This document shows positions 28,071 to 42,299 of a stretch of 64,000 nucleotides of DNA, piece after piece; the stretch's first letter is position 1, and every line of letters starts with the position of its first letter. This DNA is from Camelus ferus. Taxonomy: Eukaryota. The translations under genes and the position numbers were made by a program. The notes beneath the pieces were generated by a model. That model worked only from the letters and a program-made list of their open reading frames with translations, ran no database searches and was not told the origin of the DNA. The stretch covers positions 31,994,001 through 32,058,000 of the forward strand of contig NC_045697.1 in the NCBI RefSeq assembly GCF_009834535.1, read 5' to 3'.

Positions 28071-28999
28071 GGAAAAATGATCAAAAAGAGTAGCTATCAT
28101 TACTATAATTTTTAAATGCACACATTACCAGTGTGTTCACCTGACAACCGCCGTGCATATACCCAAGGGTGGCTGTGTTTAATAAAAACTCAAATTATTT
28201 TATTATTCTTATTCTCAAACAGTCTAACATACTACATCCAAATAAATTTAACCAATCCAAAAGAATTGAGTCATAAATTCTGGGAAAATGGTGGAAGCAG
28301 GGGAAACCTAATTTTGAATCTTCTGAATCTCCATGTAAAAATAGAGAGCGTTATTCTATTGCAAAATTAGGAACCCATGGACAGCATTTACCAATTAGGT
28401 GAAAAGATATCCTGCAAAGTCTCAAAGTAAAAGTGAGTGGTTTCAAACCACCAACAGTCATAAGACCTGCTTGGTATCATCACTTTGTAGAAAGAAACAG
28501 AGGGAATCAACAAAGCCACTGAAGACCTGAGAACAAAAGAACCCCGAATTAGCCACTAGGTAGTCACTGAAAAGTGCCACTGGTCAGTTTAAGAACCGCA
28601 ATTGAACGGCAGAGGTTTCCCCCACTCCAACGGAAAGGACTGAAGGAGCTGAACAATTTAATGCCTGTGACTTCTAAAAAGGACCTTCCAAGCTGCCTTC
28701 CTGAACAGGACTCCATATCAAGGAAAAACTACTGGCAAATACAGAGGAAGGAAGAAATAAAATAGCCCAGAAGAGAACCAAGCCAGGAAATCTCAGAAAG
28801 TAAGAAACCATATTAGCTTAATGCTACAAAAACATCAGACTGTAGGAAAATCTACCAAATTACCCAGGTTCTTTAACAGATAAATTGTAAGAGAAAAAAA
28901 AGAGAGACAGAGGAGGAGGAATGGCAACTTTTGGGTATTACATGGGGATATAGAGAATTGAAAAAACTTCACTCCCAACTTTAAACAAAACACGATGGA

Positions 29000-29364
29000 T
29001 GTCTTAGTTCATCTGGGCTTCAGTAACAGAACACCACAGACTGAGTGGTTTATAACCAACAGAAATCTATTTCTCACAGTTTCGGAGATTGGGAAGTCCA
29101 AGATCAAGGCACTGACAGATTCAGTGTCTGGTGAGGACCTGCTTTCTGGTTCGTAAATGGCCATCTTTTCACTGTGTCCTTGCATGACAGAAGGGGAGAG
29201 CAAGCTCCCCAGGTCTCGTTTATAAAGGCACCAGTCCCATTCAGGAGAGCTCCCCCTTCATGACCTTATCACTTCTCAAAGGCCTCACCTCCAAATACCA
29301 TTATGTTGGGCATGAGGATTTAACACATAAATTTTGAGGGGACACAAATATTCAGTCCAGAGCA
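29000..29364 (-). mobile_element. MLT1A/MST-like solo LTR
   Basis: TGtcttagttcatctggg...tttctcacagtttcggagattgggaagtccaagatcaaggc...gacacaaatattcagtccagagCA; near-TSD ATGGA (28995-28999)/ATGAA (29365-29369). Confidence 0.88.
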
Positions 29365-29510
29365 ATGAATAAACAGCAAGTTGACAGCTTGAACTTAACC
29401 GGCAACCAAAGGGCCCAAAATGTAAGGCAAGTCAGGTGCCTGCAAGAAGAGATGAGGTGAACAGTGGTTTAATTGGCAAAGATTCATCTGGACACTGATA
29501 GGAAAAAAAT

Positions 29511-29700
29511 CAAGGGCTGGCAAATTTTTTTTCATAGGGTCAGAGAGTAAATATTTTCAGCTTTGGAGGCCATAGACTGGGTCACAACTACTCAGCTATG
29601 TCAAAAACAGACACAGCTAATAGGGAGATGAATGAGCATGATGTGTCCCAATAGAAGGTTATTTACGAAAATTTCACAGTGGCCATGGTTGGTCCCCCTA
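29511..29700 (+). mobile_element. MER58A-like hAT-Charlie MITE
   Basis: caagggctggcaaattttttttcatagggtcagagagtaaatattttcagcttt...cacaactactcagct...ggccatggttggtcccc. Confidence 0.78.
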
Positions 29701-31334
29701 AATGGGACGTGCATTCCATTGATGGGGACTGAGGATGCCCTGGCAAAGGAGCTGCAAATACAGAGAGAGGTCACAACCTCTCCCAGGTTTCTCCCCTAGG
29801 CATTCAGAGAAAAGATCAGGAAAATCCTGAGAAAGTCTCTCTCGTGAAATAAAATAATTCCTAACACTTCAGGTAATATTATTAAAAAGTAATAAGGAAA
29901 AATTATAAGACTGTCAGGAAGCTAATTTTTAAAAGTCAGAAAATGAAGGCTCTAAAGAAACTACAATTAAATAGTTTAAAATAGAGTATGGTTAGTGGTC
30001 TTCAATCCATAGGATGACTCTCGTCCAGAGGCAAATACAAGCTGCTTTTTAGGAAGCGGAGGGGAATAATAAGCAGTGAATTTCCAACAGAAAGGCAAGG
30101 GACTTGTAGAATTCCTTCCTGAAGGTGCATTTAAAATTGTTTTCTCTTTCATTTCTTTGTCATTTTATTGTTTTGTTAATTCAGACAACTGATGTAGCGT
30201 AAGTAGGTTTTCCTGAAAGCAAATTTTTTTTCATACCCTCTGGTTTTGTAACATTTACTAAGTATGACATATAGTATATATTTCCTTCCAAGGAATGAAA
30301 CACATTTCTCAAGATTAGACTTTGGAGAGCACCTATCCAAACAGATTCACAGAAGTTCAATCACAGCCTATGCATGATGGGGATATTAAATGACTCCCTA
30401 TCCATTACCTACCATTTGGAATAGATAAAACCCTTGGAAGTTATGGGGGGAAAAACATGCAGCATCTGTTTCAGATGTTTCAATATTTGATGTAGCTGCT
30501 ATTGGGAGAAAGCCCAGGATTCTTACAATATGAGAGAAAAAAGTCACAATGGCTTGTTCGTCATAATGTTTATAGCTTCCAATTTTAACTACGGATCTCC
30601 TTTTTTTCTTTATATAAATTATTCTGTGCTTAACAGCAGTTACACAATCTGAGCTTGGGCATTAATTAACTATTCCTAAAATACGTGCCATTCATTCTTA
30701 TTTTTGTTACTTAGCAATATCTTTCTAAATGTCTGTGCTTGATGCAATATACTGTGTTCTTTACATATAAAATAGAAATCTCAAAAACTTGACATTCTTA
30801 TCTTTAACTTAGAATTTTAGCCCTCCTTAGTTTTTCTACCTACTTCTTAGCCATGTCGTTGCTAATCAAACCCCTTCAAGAAAACAAAACCAAGTACTGA
30901 AGTCTACTAAACTTTGTCATTAGAAAGAAGGTCTTATAATTTAGGAATTAAGGTGCTTGTAATATGAGGTAATTTTCTTCATTATCAATTATTGGAGTGA
31001 ATACCTTTTCGATACATTCATTAGTGTGATTTTCAATCTGGGTACGTAGGAGGGAAGGAAGGAGGCAGGACCAATCCCATAGTCCAAGAAAGAACGTAAA
31101 TCCCAATACTTTGGAGAGTAGATACAGTGTCAAGGGGGTCCCTCCAAATTCTGTGTTAATTTTAAAATGACAACCATATGGCATTTGAAGTAGACCTAAT
31201 CATTTTATTAATATATTAAAATTTTAAAAAGTAAAACAGAATACAAATCTGGAAGCTTAGAACCATGTTACCACTGATAGAAATGGTAGAACTTGCAGAA
31301 GAAAGTGTTTTAAGGACACAGCAGAATGAGATGG

Positions 31335-31520
31335 AAGGAACAGGGTCTGGAGATGGATCTGGTTAGGTTTCATCCTAACTGCGTCACCTATAAGGTGTCT
31401 GACCCTGTGTACGTAGCTTAATCACCCTGAGCCTCAATCCACAGGGAAGCAGAATGAGAACAACAATGTTCTCTTCAGCGCTCTTAGGAGGAAAGAAATG
31501 AAATAATGGCCCCGGAAGTC
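31335..31520 (+). mobile_element. MIR SINE
   Basis: gggtctggagatggatctgg...gaccctgtgtacgtagcttaatcaccctgagcctca. Confidence 0.6.
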
Positions 31521-31699
31521 CCTGGAACTGGATTTAAACCCAGCAAATGTTCCTTTCCATCCCCCCAGCCCAAAGGCAGTATCGATGGCTGTTGCTGCCA
31601 TGGTTTCTGACTAGGAAAGGGCTGACCACAACTCTATTTTTACCAACCATAACTTTGACTGTTTCAGCTTCCAGGGTAGATTTTAAAACTGATCTAAGT

Positions 31700-31901
31700 C
31701 AGTGGTTCTCAACTACGGCAACTTCCCCCCACCCCTCCGCCTGAGGACATTTGGAAATATCTGGGGACTTTTTTAGCTATCACAACTGGAAGTAGGACAT
31801 GCTAGTGGCACCTATTAGATAGAGGCCAGGAATGGTACTAAACAGCCTGCACAAGAATTACTGGAGCAAGACGTCAGAAATCCTGAAGTTGGGAAACCCT
31901 G
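31700..31901 (+). mobile_element. MER20 hAT-Charlie MITE
   Basis: Terminal inverted repeats CAGTGGTTCTCAAC...GTTGGGAAACCCTG; internal ggacatttggaaatatctgggg, gaggccaggaatggtactaaaca; degenerate 8-bp TSD ATCTAAGT/ACCTGAAT. Confidence 0.88.
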
Positions 31902-33076
31902 ACCTGAATTAGTGAAGTGAGCACACTTACATTGTTTCTTCAGTGAATACCCATTACACAGAACAGGTTCATGCTTTTCCACTCTTGGGCAATTTTTGAA
32001 GCAAGCAATCACAATATTCTGAACACAAAATATCCCATTAATAAAACAGCTATGCTGTTAATTATTTTGTGAATTGTCAAGACATCAGTGAAACAAGAGC
32101 TTCTCTGCAGTTCATTAACTGACACAGCTGTGATTCCAGAGAATGTCTATAAGTCAGTCTGCTTAACAAAAAACAAAGTGGCCCAATTCCTCTGTTGAAA
32201 AAAGTTCTTGAGAATGGTTCACAAGAGACAATGAACTCCATCTCCGTTTAGAGGCAAAATAAGAATTCTAAAGACAAATGGAGGGTAGAAAGTTAGCAGG
32301 GGGAAAAAGTAAGTAATAAATGTACCATGAGATTATTATTTACTTGAATCAACAATGATGGAGAAATTATAAGCTTTTTCTATCCCACTGAGCTATGAAC
32401 AGAAGGTGCGCTGCTTAAAGCATAAAAAGAAGAGCACTGTAATCAGCAGATCCGCATACCTTCTATATATTCTGAAGTTCTTTCCTAAAGAAAAGTTTAA
32501 TTTCTTCCATAGGTATCTAATGAGACTTCTGATAATCCTTACGGCTTGATTTAACAGCAGAATTCATTCAGAGAGAGCTTACACAATCTCAGGTGCTGAT
32601 GCAAGTATCTAAATGATATCATAATTTCATCCTGAACTATACCCTAACAAAGCAGCACTGAGTAGTTTCTGTAGGTTTCTCTAACACTACCTAACTTTAA
32701 ACCAGCTAAATGGCTTCGAGTTTGATTGTATGCAATACTTCAGATCCAGGAAAATACTATTAACCAGTTAGGGTTGGCCAATCTTTTCTAAAGATGTTTC
32801 TATGGCCTTAGGAGACTCTCCTGGGGCTCCCACCAACTTGCTCAACCCTTCCCCTGGTCACCCACCCACCTGGCCATTTGCCTGTGTCTGTCTATACACA
32901 TAGTACAAGCTCCTAGAGTCTTACCTATCTGTCCTCACTCCCAGTCCAGCAATCAGGGTTCTTTTCACTAAATAATCCTGCTTTTCTACATAATTCAATA
33001 GACTCCCACACATACACACAATATAAACAGCCATTCTCTCTTCTCTGTCAGTCAATTTTGCCTCTACACTTACAGG

Positions 33077-33080
<4 letters not shown>

Positions 33081-33134
<54 letters not shown>
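33081..33134. repeat. (TA)27 microsatellite
   Basis: Direct read. Confidence 0.97.
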
Positions 33135-33139
<5 letters not shown>

Positions 33140-33476
33140 ATGGGAAATTTGGAACAGAAAAAAATTTTACAAAAAGTTAGAGACTCAAATCCTGTTCGGG
33201 AAATACCAGTTGAAAGCAGTCCGGTTTGATATAATTGTGCGAGGTTGTTCCTCTATAATTCAGGTTTGTCCACCAAAAATAAGTTTAGTAGTTGCATCAA
33301 ACTTTAGCCTCGAAAAGCAAAACACATAGTTACATGATTTAAAACACTCCAAAAAGTCAACTCAAAAGTTAACCTATGGAAATGATACATAGTTCTGCTA
33401 ACTTAACCACAGAGAACATCTACCAGAAACACTTGTTATAATATTAAGAAACACTTCATGGTTACATAATTTCCAT

Positions 33477-33867
33477 GGTTATAGACTGAAGTGTACCCTC
33501 CCAAAACTCGTATGATGAAGGCCTAAGCCCGAGTACCTCAGAATGTGACTATACTTGGGGATAAGGTTTTTCAAAGAGGTCATTTTAAAGAGGTAATTAC
33601 AGTTTAATAAAATAAGTAAGGTGGGCCCTAACCTGATACAGCTGGTGTCCTTACTAAAAGAGGATATTAGGACACAGACATACCAGTGGGAAAACCATGT
33701 GAAGAAACTAGATGAAGCTGTCAACAAGCAAGGAGAGAGGCCGTGGGAGAAACCAACCCTGCCTACACCGTGACCTCAGACATCTAGCCTCCAGAACTGA
33801 AAATAAACTTCTGTTGCTCAAGTCACCCGGTCTGTGGTTCTTTGTTATGGCAGCCTTAGGAAATACA
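33477..33867 (+). mobile_element. MLT1B-like solo LTR
   Basis: gttatagactgaagtgtaccctcc...gtacctcagaatgtgact...ggtgggccctaacctg...gcctccagaactg...gtcacccggtctgtggttctttgttatggcagcc. Confidence 0.86.
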
Positions 33868-34599
33868 CCGGGGGAGCCTCAACATTCTGATTTTCGAATA
33901 ATGTTTGAAAAAGAAGAAAAGTTCCCACTTCTTATAGATTATTTCCACAATTAAATGTAATTCACTAATTTTGATCTATTTGCGTCTGAAAGAACAAAAG
34001 CAAACAGAGCAGACACTGCAGTCAGCCAGTCTTCCACGCCTCCGCACAGTGAGTATCCCCGTGCCTGGCATTAATTCTGACAAATCAGTTAGTTTTGCAT
34101 TTATAAATAGGAGAGGTTTCACTTTGGCTTAAAAACAAAAAGTTTTTATCAATGAAAGTGTAGGTAAGACACACTAAGCAGATTGGTATGTCTTTTTCAC
34201 CACTTAAGCCTCAGCACCTCGAACTATTCTGGACACTGTCATAGTTCAATCAATAGTTATTGAATGCTGAAAGAATTAATGCTCCTCCTCATTCCTGAGA
34301 AGATGGCAAACTAGCCCAGGCTACTGCTGCTTCCCCCAAAATTCACCCTTAGGACAAAAGACACAGGAAACCATAGATTCTCATAGTTTCTCTAAACTAT
34401 GAGAAAATTCTTGTGGGATTATAACACCATGTGGCAGGGCGTGGCTAGGCACAGAATCAGAAGATAATTTGGGGAGGGATCCTGCTCTTGCCTCTCCTAA
34501 GTATTGTTTTAAGAGAATTATTGTCTGTCCCACACCATTTTCCAGAAAGAAGCCGGTATTAACAGCATCTATATCAAAAATATCTGACCCAAAGCTATA

Positions 34600-36570
34600 A
34601 AAACTAGCAACCACTAAAAAAGAGGAACTGAAAAAAATGTATCTAGAACCAAGTCAAATACTACTAAATGACATATCCTAAAACAGAAAAGAGAAATGAA
34701 ATAGTACAAACTGAATAATCCCTATCAACATGTCTATGACACTTATAAAGTATCATTTAAGTGGAAATTTAAGTACACTCATCAAGAATGAAAAAGGGCT
34801 GGAAAAAAAAAAGCCAAGCCTTGAACTTGGAAAGTGGGAAAAAGAACAACATGGCAAACCGAGAGAAAGGAGGAGAAAGAAAATAATAAAGACATTGACA
34901 AAAATCAATACACAGGGAACAAACCCACCAAAAATGAGGGAAAACAAAAAAGTAAAAGCTTTTAGGAGATTAATAGATAAACAGACTCTGGCAGTTAGTT
35001 TTGGGAGAAAAGGAGGGAGAAAGAGGAGAGAGAAGATAAATAAAAAACAGAAGTGAGGAAGAAATAACTGTAAACACAAAAGGATATTAAAATGATAAAA
35101 GAATATTATAAGCACCCATATGGTACTAAACATGCAACCATAGGCAAAACATATATTTCTGGAAAAATACAAAATATGAAATTAGTATAAAAGGAAATAT
35201 TAAAAATTGAATACAGTAATAAGTATTAAAGAAATTAAAAAGGCAAAGTCCCTTCCTCTGTAAACTTCTCTGGCATTGCTGATTTTCAGGTGCATTCTTC
35301 CAAACATCAAGGAACAGATAATTCTTACCTTTCAAGGAAAAGCAGAGAGAGGGAACGGTGCCCATTTTAGCAGGCTACTGTAATCTTTATTCTAAATTAG
35401 ATAAAGACAGTACAAAAAGAAAAGCATAGGCCTGTTCAGTTACAAATGTATGCAAATTCCAAAATAAATATTAGCCAAATGAAAGGTATATTATAATAAA
35501 ATTTAATATGATCAAGTAGGATTTATCCCAGAACTGGGAGAATATTTTAGTATAAAAAGATGCAGCAATATAATTTACCATATCAATAAATAAATATATA
35601 ATAAAGAAAACATATAATTATTTCAAGAGATGTAGGTAAATGGATTACATAAAACCTGAAATGTATTTATGATCAAAAAAAAAACCTACCCCTAGAAAAC
35701 TAGGAATAGAAGGAAATAGCCTAAAATTGACGATGGTTATGAACTTCATACCTAAAGCAAACATGCTTAAACACTACATTTAAAGGAAAAATTTTAGACA
35801 CATTTCTTTTACAATTAAGATAGGCATTCATATCAACCTGTGTATTGAATTTCAGGGGACTTACGGAACTGCAAGAGGTCCAAGAAACTGCAAAATTACA
35901 TATGCTTTGGATAGTATTATAAATCCTGGCAAGTGGTATAAAAAAAAGACAGAGATATAAAAGTACAAAGATTGGAAGGGAAGGCATAAAACTGTTCTCT
36001 AGATAATATGATGGTCTATAAGAGAAAAAAATGATACCATTAGACAAACTATTAAAACAAAAAAAAAAGTTTTATCAAATACAAATGCAAGATCAATTTA
36101 TAAAAATTATAAACACTTCTCTACACTAGACATAATCAAATAACCAGCTGCAGAATATAATGAGAAATAAAATATCCTTCATAATAGAAATAATGAAGAA
36201 AACCTACAAAATAGGAATCAATTTAAGGAAGAATACATAAAACCACAGTAATAAAAAATAGTGTAGTATGAACAAAATTAAACAAATGGAACAAAACAGA
36301 GAGACTCAGAGACTGAAGCATATAGTATACATCATTACACAAGAAAGGGAATTTCATAAATCAAGGTGATAAGTAATGCGGTAGCATAAATGAAGGGAAA
36401 AGGATAAAGTTCTTTGTAGTAATAAGAGATAAATTTCTATGTAGTAGATAGACGAAAATGAATAAAACTATATTTCTACTTTTAAATATCACATACAAAA
36501 GAGTACTCCAGATGGTCAAAAGACCTTAATATAAAAGTAAAACTATGAATTTAATAAAAGAAATGTTTTT
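34600..36570 (+). mobile_element. Ancient L1 (L1M/L1ME-like) ORF2 remnants
   Basis: A-rich strand with decayed L1 motifs: tgatcaagtaggatttatcccag, ctagaaaactaggaatagaagg, aaagattggaagggaaggcataaaactg, tacaaatgcaagatcaat, ccagatggtcaaaagaccttaatataaaa. Confidence 0.75.
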
Positions 36571-37004
36571 GCAATGTTTCCTTTGTCATTTTTGACATCC
36601 TGTCATAATAGTGGAAGCCTGATTGTTACTTCGAATAGTAAAATCGGCCAGAATTAGGCTGGGTAATAACAGAATCATAAGTCAGAGGCAGATCAGAGCA
36701 CATGAAACATAACGGAAATTAACTTGTGCCGACAAGTTAAAAGAAGCTCATTCCAACATAGCATTTTAAAACATAAATGTGAAATTTGATAAAAATAACA
36801 ATTTTAAAAGTTTGCTTATAAGCATAATCTGTTTGAATTTGAAATAAATTATAAACAGAGAATTTTCCTGTGCTTATGCACAGCAAAGGGTAAGTACCTT
36901 CAGGCTTAGGTTACTATCAGTGTAGTTTCATTTGGGATAAGAAGTGATGACCTCTACTGAAAATAATTTGATTTTGACCACCAAATGTGTTAAGGGGAAA
37001 GAAC

Positions 37005-37140
37005 AGTGGCCTGGAATTTGGGGCCTAGGTTTGAGTTCCACCTTAGGGTCTAGCCAGAATTTTGACCGTGCCAAAGTCACTTACATTCTCTGGGTTTCAG
37101 TTTCCTCATCCATGAGTGAGGAAGTTAACCAAAATATCAG
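37005..37140 (+). mobile_element. MIR fragment
   Basis: cctaggtttgagttcc...aagtcacttacattctctgggtttcagtttcctcatc. Confidence 0.7.
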
Positions 37141-39299
37141 TTAGTGCTAGCGATATTTTCTTGGATTCTAGACCCCCTTGAGAATCTCATGAATACCAGG
37201 AACCTTCTTCTCTCCTAAAAATCCTCCGATGATTGTGCACAGAAAATTGTGAATCAAATGTCAGAGCATTCACAGATCTGCCAGAGGTCCCTGCACCTTA
37301 GGTTAAATACTTCTAAACTAGCAAATACCTGCAATTCCTTCCAATTCTAAAAGACAAACAAGTACAGAAATGGGTCATGGTTTCTGGTTTCTATATCAGA
37401 ATGCTTAAAACGGCCATTTACTGAAAGGGACAACACTGGAATTAACATAGGTGTTGGTAGGAGTGAAAGAAGAGGGAGATTATGAGTTTTAAACTTGTTA
37501 ACTACTTGGACATAGTAAATCAGACATGTCACTCACATACTCTCATAGAAATGGTGAACAGAAGCTGGGATATCAGTAGGTATGGCACTCAGAGGAGAAG
37601 TCTATGTTAGGGACTCCACCTCCCCACTTCCCTTGGAGTCAGAAAGCAGTCCACAAGCCCTAATGATTGTTTCCTCACAATGTTTTTCATGCATTCCTTT
37701 CTTTTCCAAACCAATTATCATCAGCTCAGTTCAAGCCAGGGCCATCTCATGCATGGACTCTGGCAATCACCTCACAAAGGCTTTTTTTGCTATAATTTAC
37801 TCCCTTCCTCTTTTCTTTTGCCTCAGTATCTAAATGTCTGTCATTATTTTCAGGATAAAGGTCTCATTTGTTGTTTACAAAAACACCACCTATATTGTAA
37901 GCTCTCTGAAAGTTAAGGACAATATTCATGATATACACGTATATACATTTTAATATCCCTCTTTAGACTCTTTAAAGAGTCCAGGTTATAATAATTACTC
38001 AAGAAACATTTATGAATTTGACATAGTCATCTGGCTCTGATAATACTGGGCATACCACTAGCTTTGTCAAAATGCAGTAACAAAAAAAAATTCCTTAGTT
38101 CAAGTCTTCTAGGAAGCATTCTGGCCTCCTGTACTCAATCCTTATCAGGATAGCTTTTGACAGACATACTCCTAGGTAACCAGGAATCTATGGCAGATTT
38201 CAGCCATTTCTCCAAGGTGGCCTTTGGGATTTTCTGAACACAGCTGGATTCATGACCTCGGACTTTTTTTCAGACTGATGCTCCCTCTATATCACCACAC
38301 TGATTCTACAGAGTGATCTGTAAATTTTTTTTCTCATGATACTTGAACAATTTAGGTCTTGATCAAAAAAGTAAGTAGAAGCTGAGAGCCTGAACATCTG
38401 TAGTTTCTAGGGGATGGACCACCCGAGGCAAAATTATGATGTACATGGAATTTATTTTTCACAAAGTTCTGCTTTTACTCCAGGTTGCTCTCAGATATCT
38501 TTCCCTCTATACCTTATCCCAGTATAAAAGGGCTTTAATGTTCTTTTCCTTCTATCTTTATTAAAGCACTCCCTTTAAGACAGTATCCTTTCAATCTCTG
38601 TATCTATAATCCAGCATTTAGAAATAGATCATTTATTAGCTACCAATTTTTTAAATAATTGTAATTTATTTTTAATTATAAAAGATATATAAGCTAAAAT
38701 TAAAATATTTACAAAAAGATAAATTATTTAAAATCCTACAGTCTACAAATAATTAAGTGCACTTCCTTCCAGACTTTTAAATGCATGGAACATAGACTTG
38801 CATCTTTTTAAATATAATTATCAGCATTCTATGCATGCAGATTTCTGTCCTATTTTTTAACTTAGTATTTTAGCAAGCCCATAATTTTTCTCAGTACCCA
38901 CTTGTTTATAATTAGAGAAGTTCTTGAACATTAATCTGGAAAGCTGCTTAAAGACTATACTCAGGCACCACCCCCCAGAGATCCTAATTCAGTATAAAAC
39001 AAATATAGAATTTTAACCAACATCCTAGTTCTAACCAACTGTGAGTCCCTTGGACTATCATAGCTTTATTGATTTCTTTACCGATCCTGGAGACAGAAAC
39101 TAGTAGCATCAATGAGTACATTTATCAGCATCCTTAACTAGTTCTGCTCTGTTCTTCACAGCACCCGCACCAAGACGCTGCAAGCCTGGATGAACCTCAT
39201 TATCTACCCTTTCTACTTCTGCATCCACTCCAGAGACTATCTCCCCATCACACAGTTTGTTACCACTACAAATTTATAATTTTCTTTAATTATCTCTAA

Positions 39300-39780
39300 A
39301 ATCACTAATGAGTTCCTAATTGGTAAAACTAATTGATGTTTTCAGTCTTAATCGACGGTCAACTCTCTGAAGCATTTATACTGTTCTGCTTAAAACTCAC
39401 TTCTTTGTGCTTAAAATGTCTCTTTTTTCCCATAGATTCCACAACCACTTCTCTCTTCTGATACTTCTAATGTCTGACAGGCCTTTCTCAGTATTGTTCA
39501 CCACCTTCTCTTTAACTACCTATTCCTTCAACAGCCTCAGCATGGTTCTCTTTTTCTCCAAATTTACTGATCACCCATTTAATCTCCAGTGCCTGCATTT
39601 GAGATAGAATCACCTGAAAATTACACAGGCACCTCAAATTTAACAGGTCTAAAACTGACCTTATCATCTGCTCCTTAGGGATGGGTACAGGATCTCACTC
39701 CTCCAGTATCTCAGTTAAGATAATCACCAACTGGACTCATCCTCCATATTTTTCTCCCTATTCCTTACATCCAATAGGTC
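39300..39780. mobile_element. L2 fragment
   Basis: ttttcagtcttaatc...aactctctgaagcattt...acaggcacctcaaatttaacaggtctaaaactgaccttatcatc; pyrimidine-rich L2 body. Confidence 0.6.
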
Positions 39781-40829
39781 AAAACGTTTGAACTAAGACA
39801 CAGGATCAGATGATCACACTGGATGCCCATGAAACAGAGATCAGAGTATCAAGTTTCACTAATAATTTAAAGAAGAAAGGCATAGATGAAACAAAGAGTG
39901 GTCTGGGACATCCCACGTGGCTCCTTGACTCCTTCCTTCCCACACAGGGCATTCACTCTCTGGCCTAGAATGATCAATGAGGAATTCAAGGGAAGTTTTC
40001 TGGGGGTCCCCACACAGACAAAGATATACTAAGTTGTAAAACTTCTACATCTTATATGCCCAGAGAAATGAATAGCTCATATGGTATCCTCCAGGGATCC
40101 ACACCTTATAAATTCTGTAATTACTGACTATAAGTCATCCTTTAGCCAAGATCATTTGGTAAAGATGTTCTCTAGATAAGATCTCTTCTTCCTAGAAAAA
40201 TATCATTCATCTATTTACTTGGAGAGCCAGTTGACCAGAAGATTAGAGCAAGTCCCCTGCCTTCTTGTCTTTCTTCCAAAACATTCTCCTGGCGAAGGAA
40301 ATGAATGACTCAACAGCCAGCTGCCAGATGCTTTAGTTCTTTCCTCCCAGAGTTCAATTGACTGTACCACCTGCACAGCACTAGAATACACCCCTTACTC
40401 CCTGTCTCCACCGGAGCACATCCGCTCACCTCCAGCCTGAACCTTGCCCGTAACCACCAGCTAATCAAGTAACTTCAGTTTCCCCAATTCCATGTCTCAC
40501 TCTGCTGCCATAGTTGCTTCTTGAAAATGCATATGTAATCATGTCCTTTACTGATTTAAAATCCTTTGGCCGATCTAAGATGTACCGCACCATCTTTCCA
40601 CTGCCAGCATTTCCAGATTTTCCCCCAACACCTTCCCTGAGATCCAGCCAGACCAACCTATTCTCTAATACTCCCAAGTTCTCACACTGACACCCACTGT
40701 TCAGCCCATCATTTGCAATGTCACCTTCTCTCTGATGCCTTCCCTGAACCTGCTATTCAGTTCAGGCAATAACCACCTCCTCCTTACTGCCATTGTTCTT
40801 TATAAATAATAAGTAAAATAGTCCACTTT

Positions 40830-41050
40830 AGAAAATCTTGACTTTGAATAAGATGCTGTGCCAAGAGTTTTATATGCATTATACCGTTTAATCCTCAGAG
40901 AACCCTCTGAAATATGTACAATTATTCTGATAACTTCACAGAAGAGGAAACAATGTTTGGGGACAATAAATGACTTGCCCAAAGTCACACAGTTATTAAT
41001 TTAAAAAGTTAGGATATGTCTGTAGCCCTGGTTGACGCCAGAGCCCTCCT
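40830..41050 (-). mobile_element. MIR SINE
   Basis: tgctgtgccaagagttttatatgcatt...tttaatcctcag...cagaagaggaaac...aaatgacttgcccaaagtcacacag. Confidence 0.82.
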
Positions 41051-42299
41051 CCTTAAACCCAGTCATAATATGTCTCTAATCACCCAACACACAGCTTCCC
41101 TAATTAAATCAATAAACATTTGCTAAGTGACGATTTGGTGCCAGACACAGTGTGAAGCTTCACTGAGTAAGGTGTGGAAAGTAAACCTAATTTTAAAAAA
41201 TCACCCCCTCTAACTAAAGAAATCGCCAGTTTTAATTTTGTTTAAAAACCCAGACTAGTACATACCACTCTTTACTACTTCAATCAAGACACAGTGTCAG
41301 ACACAGTGTGAGACTTCACTCCACAGGAAAGGGAGAGCAGATCTAACGTGAAATTATCCCCTTAACTTGATTGGCAAGAAAAAAAAAATCTGCATCAAGT
41401 TTAACAGTGAATTTCTCTGGGGATTTAAAGTCAACTAGTAATTGCTGTCATTCATGAGCTTTTGTGGGATTATTTATTACACTGTACAAGCATTTCTGTT
41501 GCCTGTACTTTTTTTCCATCTTCCCTATATCTTGCACTCCCCTGACTTAAATTCACATTCCCGTGCCATGTGAAAGTTATTTGTCTGGCAAGTGGCTGGG
41601 GTAGAGCCCTCGGCTTGTATCTCACCTGTTAGGAGAGAGAGACAGCACCTTAATCAGCTTTTCCTCCTAGTTTATCTCAAGGCAATTTATGTGCTGATTC
41701 TACTGGTTCAATTTATACCGGACAACTCAACTGAGGGGCTAAAAACACCTGACACGTATCATCTCATTTATACTGAAATCATTCTTCAGATGAGAGATGA
41801 GAACATAACCTCAAAGTATTTAAGTGACTGTCATGAAATCAATAACTTAAAAGTGACAGAGGCAGAAGGCTAGCCAAGGTCCTCTGATTTTCTCCAATGT
41901 TTGCCAGAATCCATATGCACTTCAGCATTACTAGCCTACAGCTGTCTAACCATTTAGCAGATACTCATTTCTCCTAGACTCAAACATGCATATTTTGAAA
42001 TCACATACTTCCACAATATCTATATTCCTCAGGTATATATATTTTTTTATCTTCCAGGCTGACATCCTACTCTTTATACTTGTTCCTCACTGATGGCTTG
42101 CACTGAAATGATGCGATTAAAATTACTAGGCTCCTTTCTATCACACACACATTAGTACATAAAAGAATTCCCATAAGAGGAGTTATGCAATGATGTCTTT
42201 GTACACTATGTATGAATACGAATATTTGCAGGCATTTCAGTAAAAAGTACTGTCTTTCAGATGTTCTTCTCAAAGTCACACGAGGCACAGGGTATGCGG

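Noticed and set aside
34730..35172. Lys-rich 108-aa ORF and hydrophobic 139-aa antisense ORF resembling a membrane protein
   Set aside because: Products of A-rich decayed L1 sequence.
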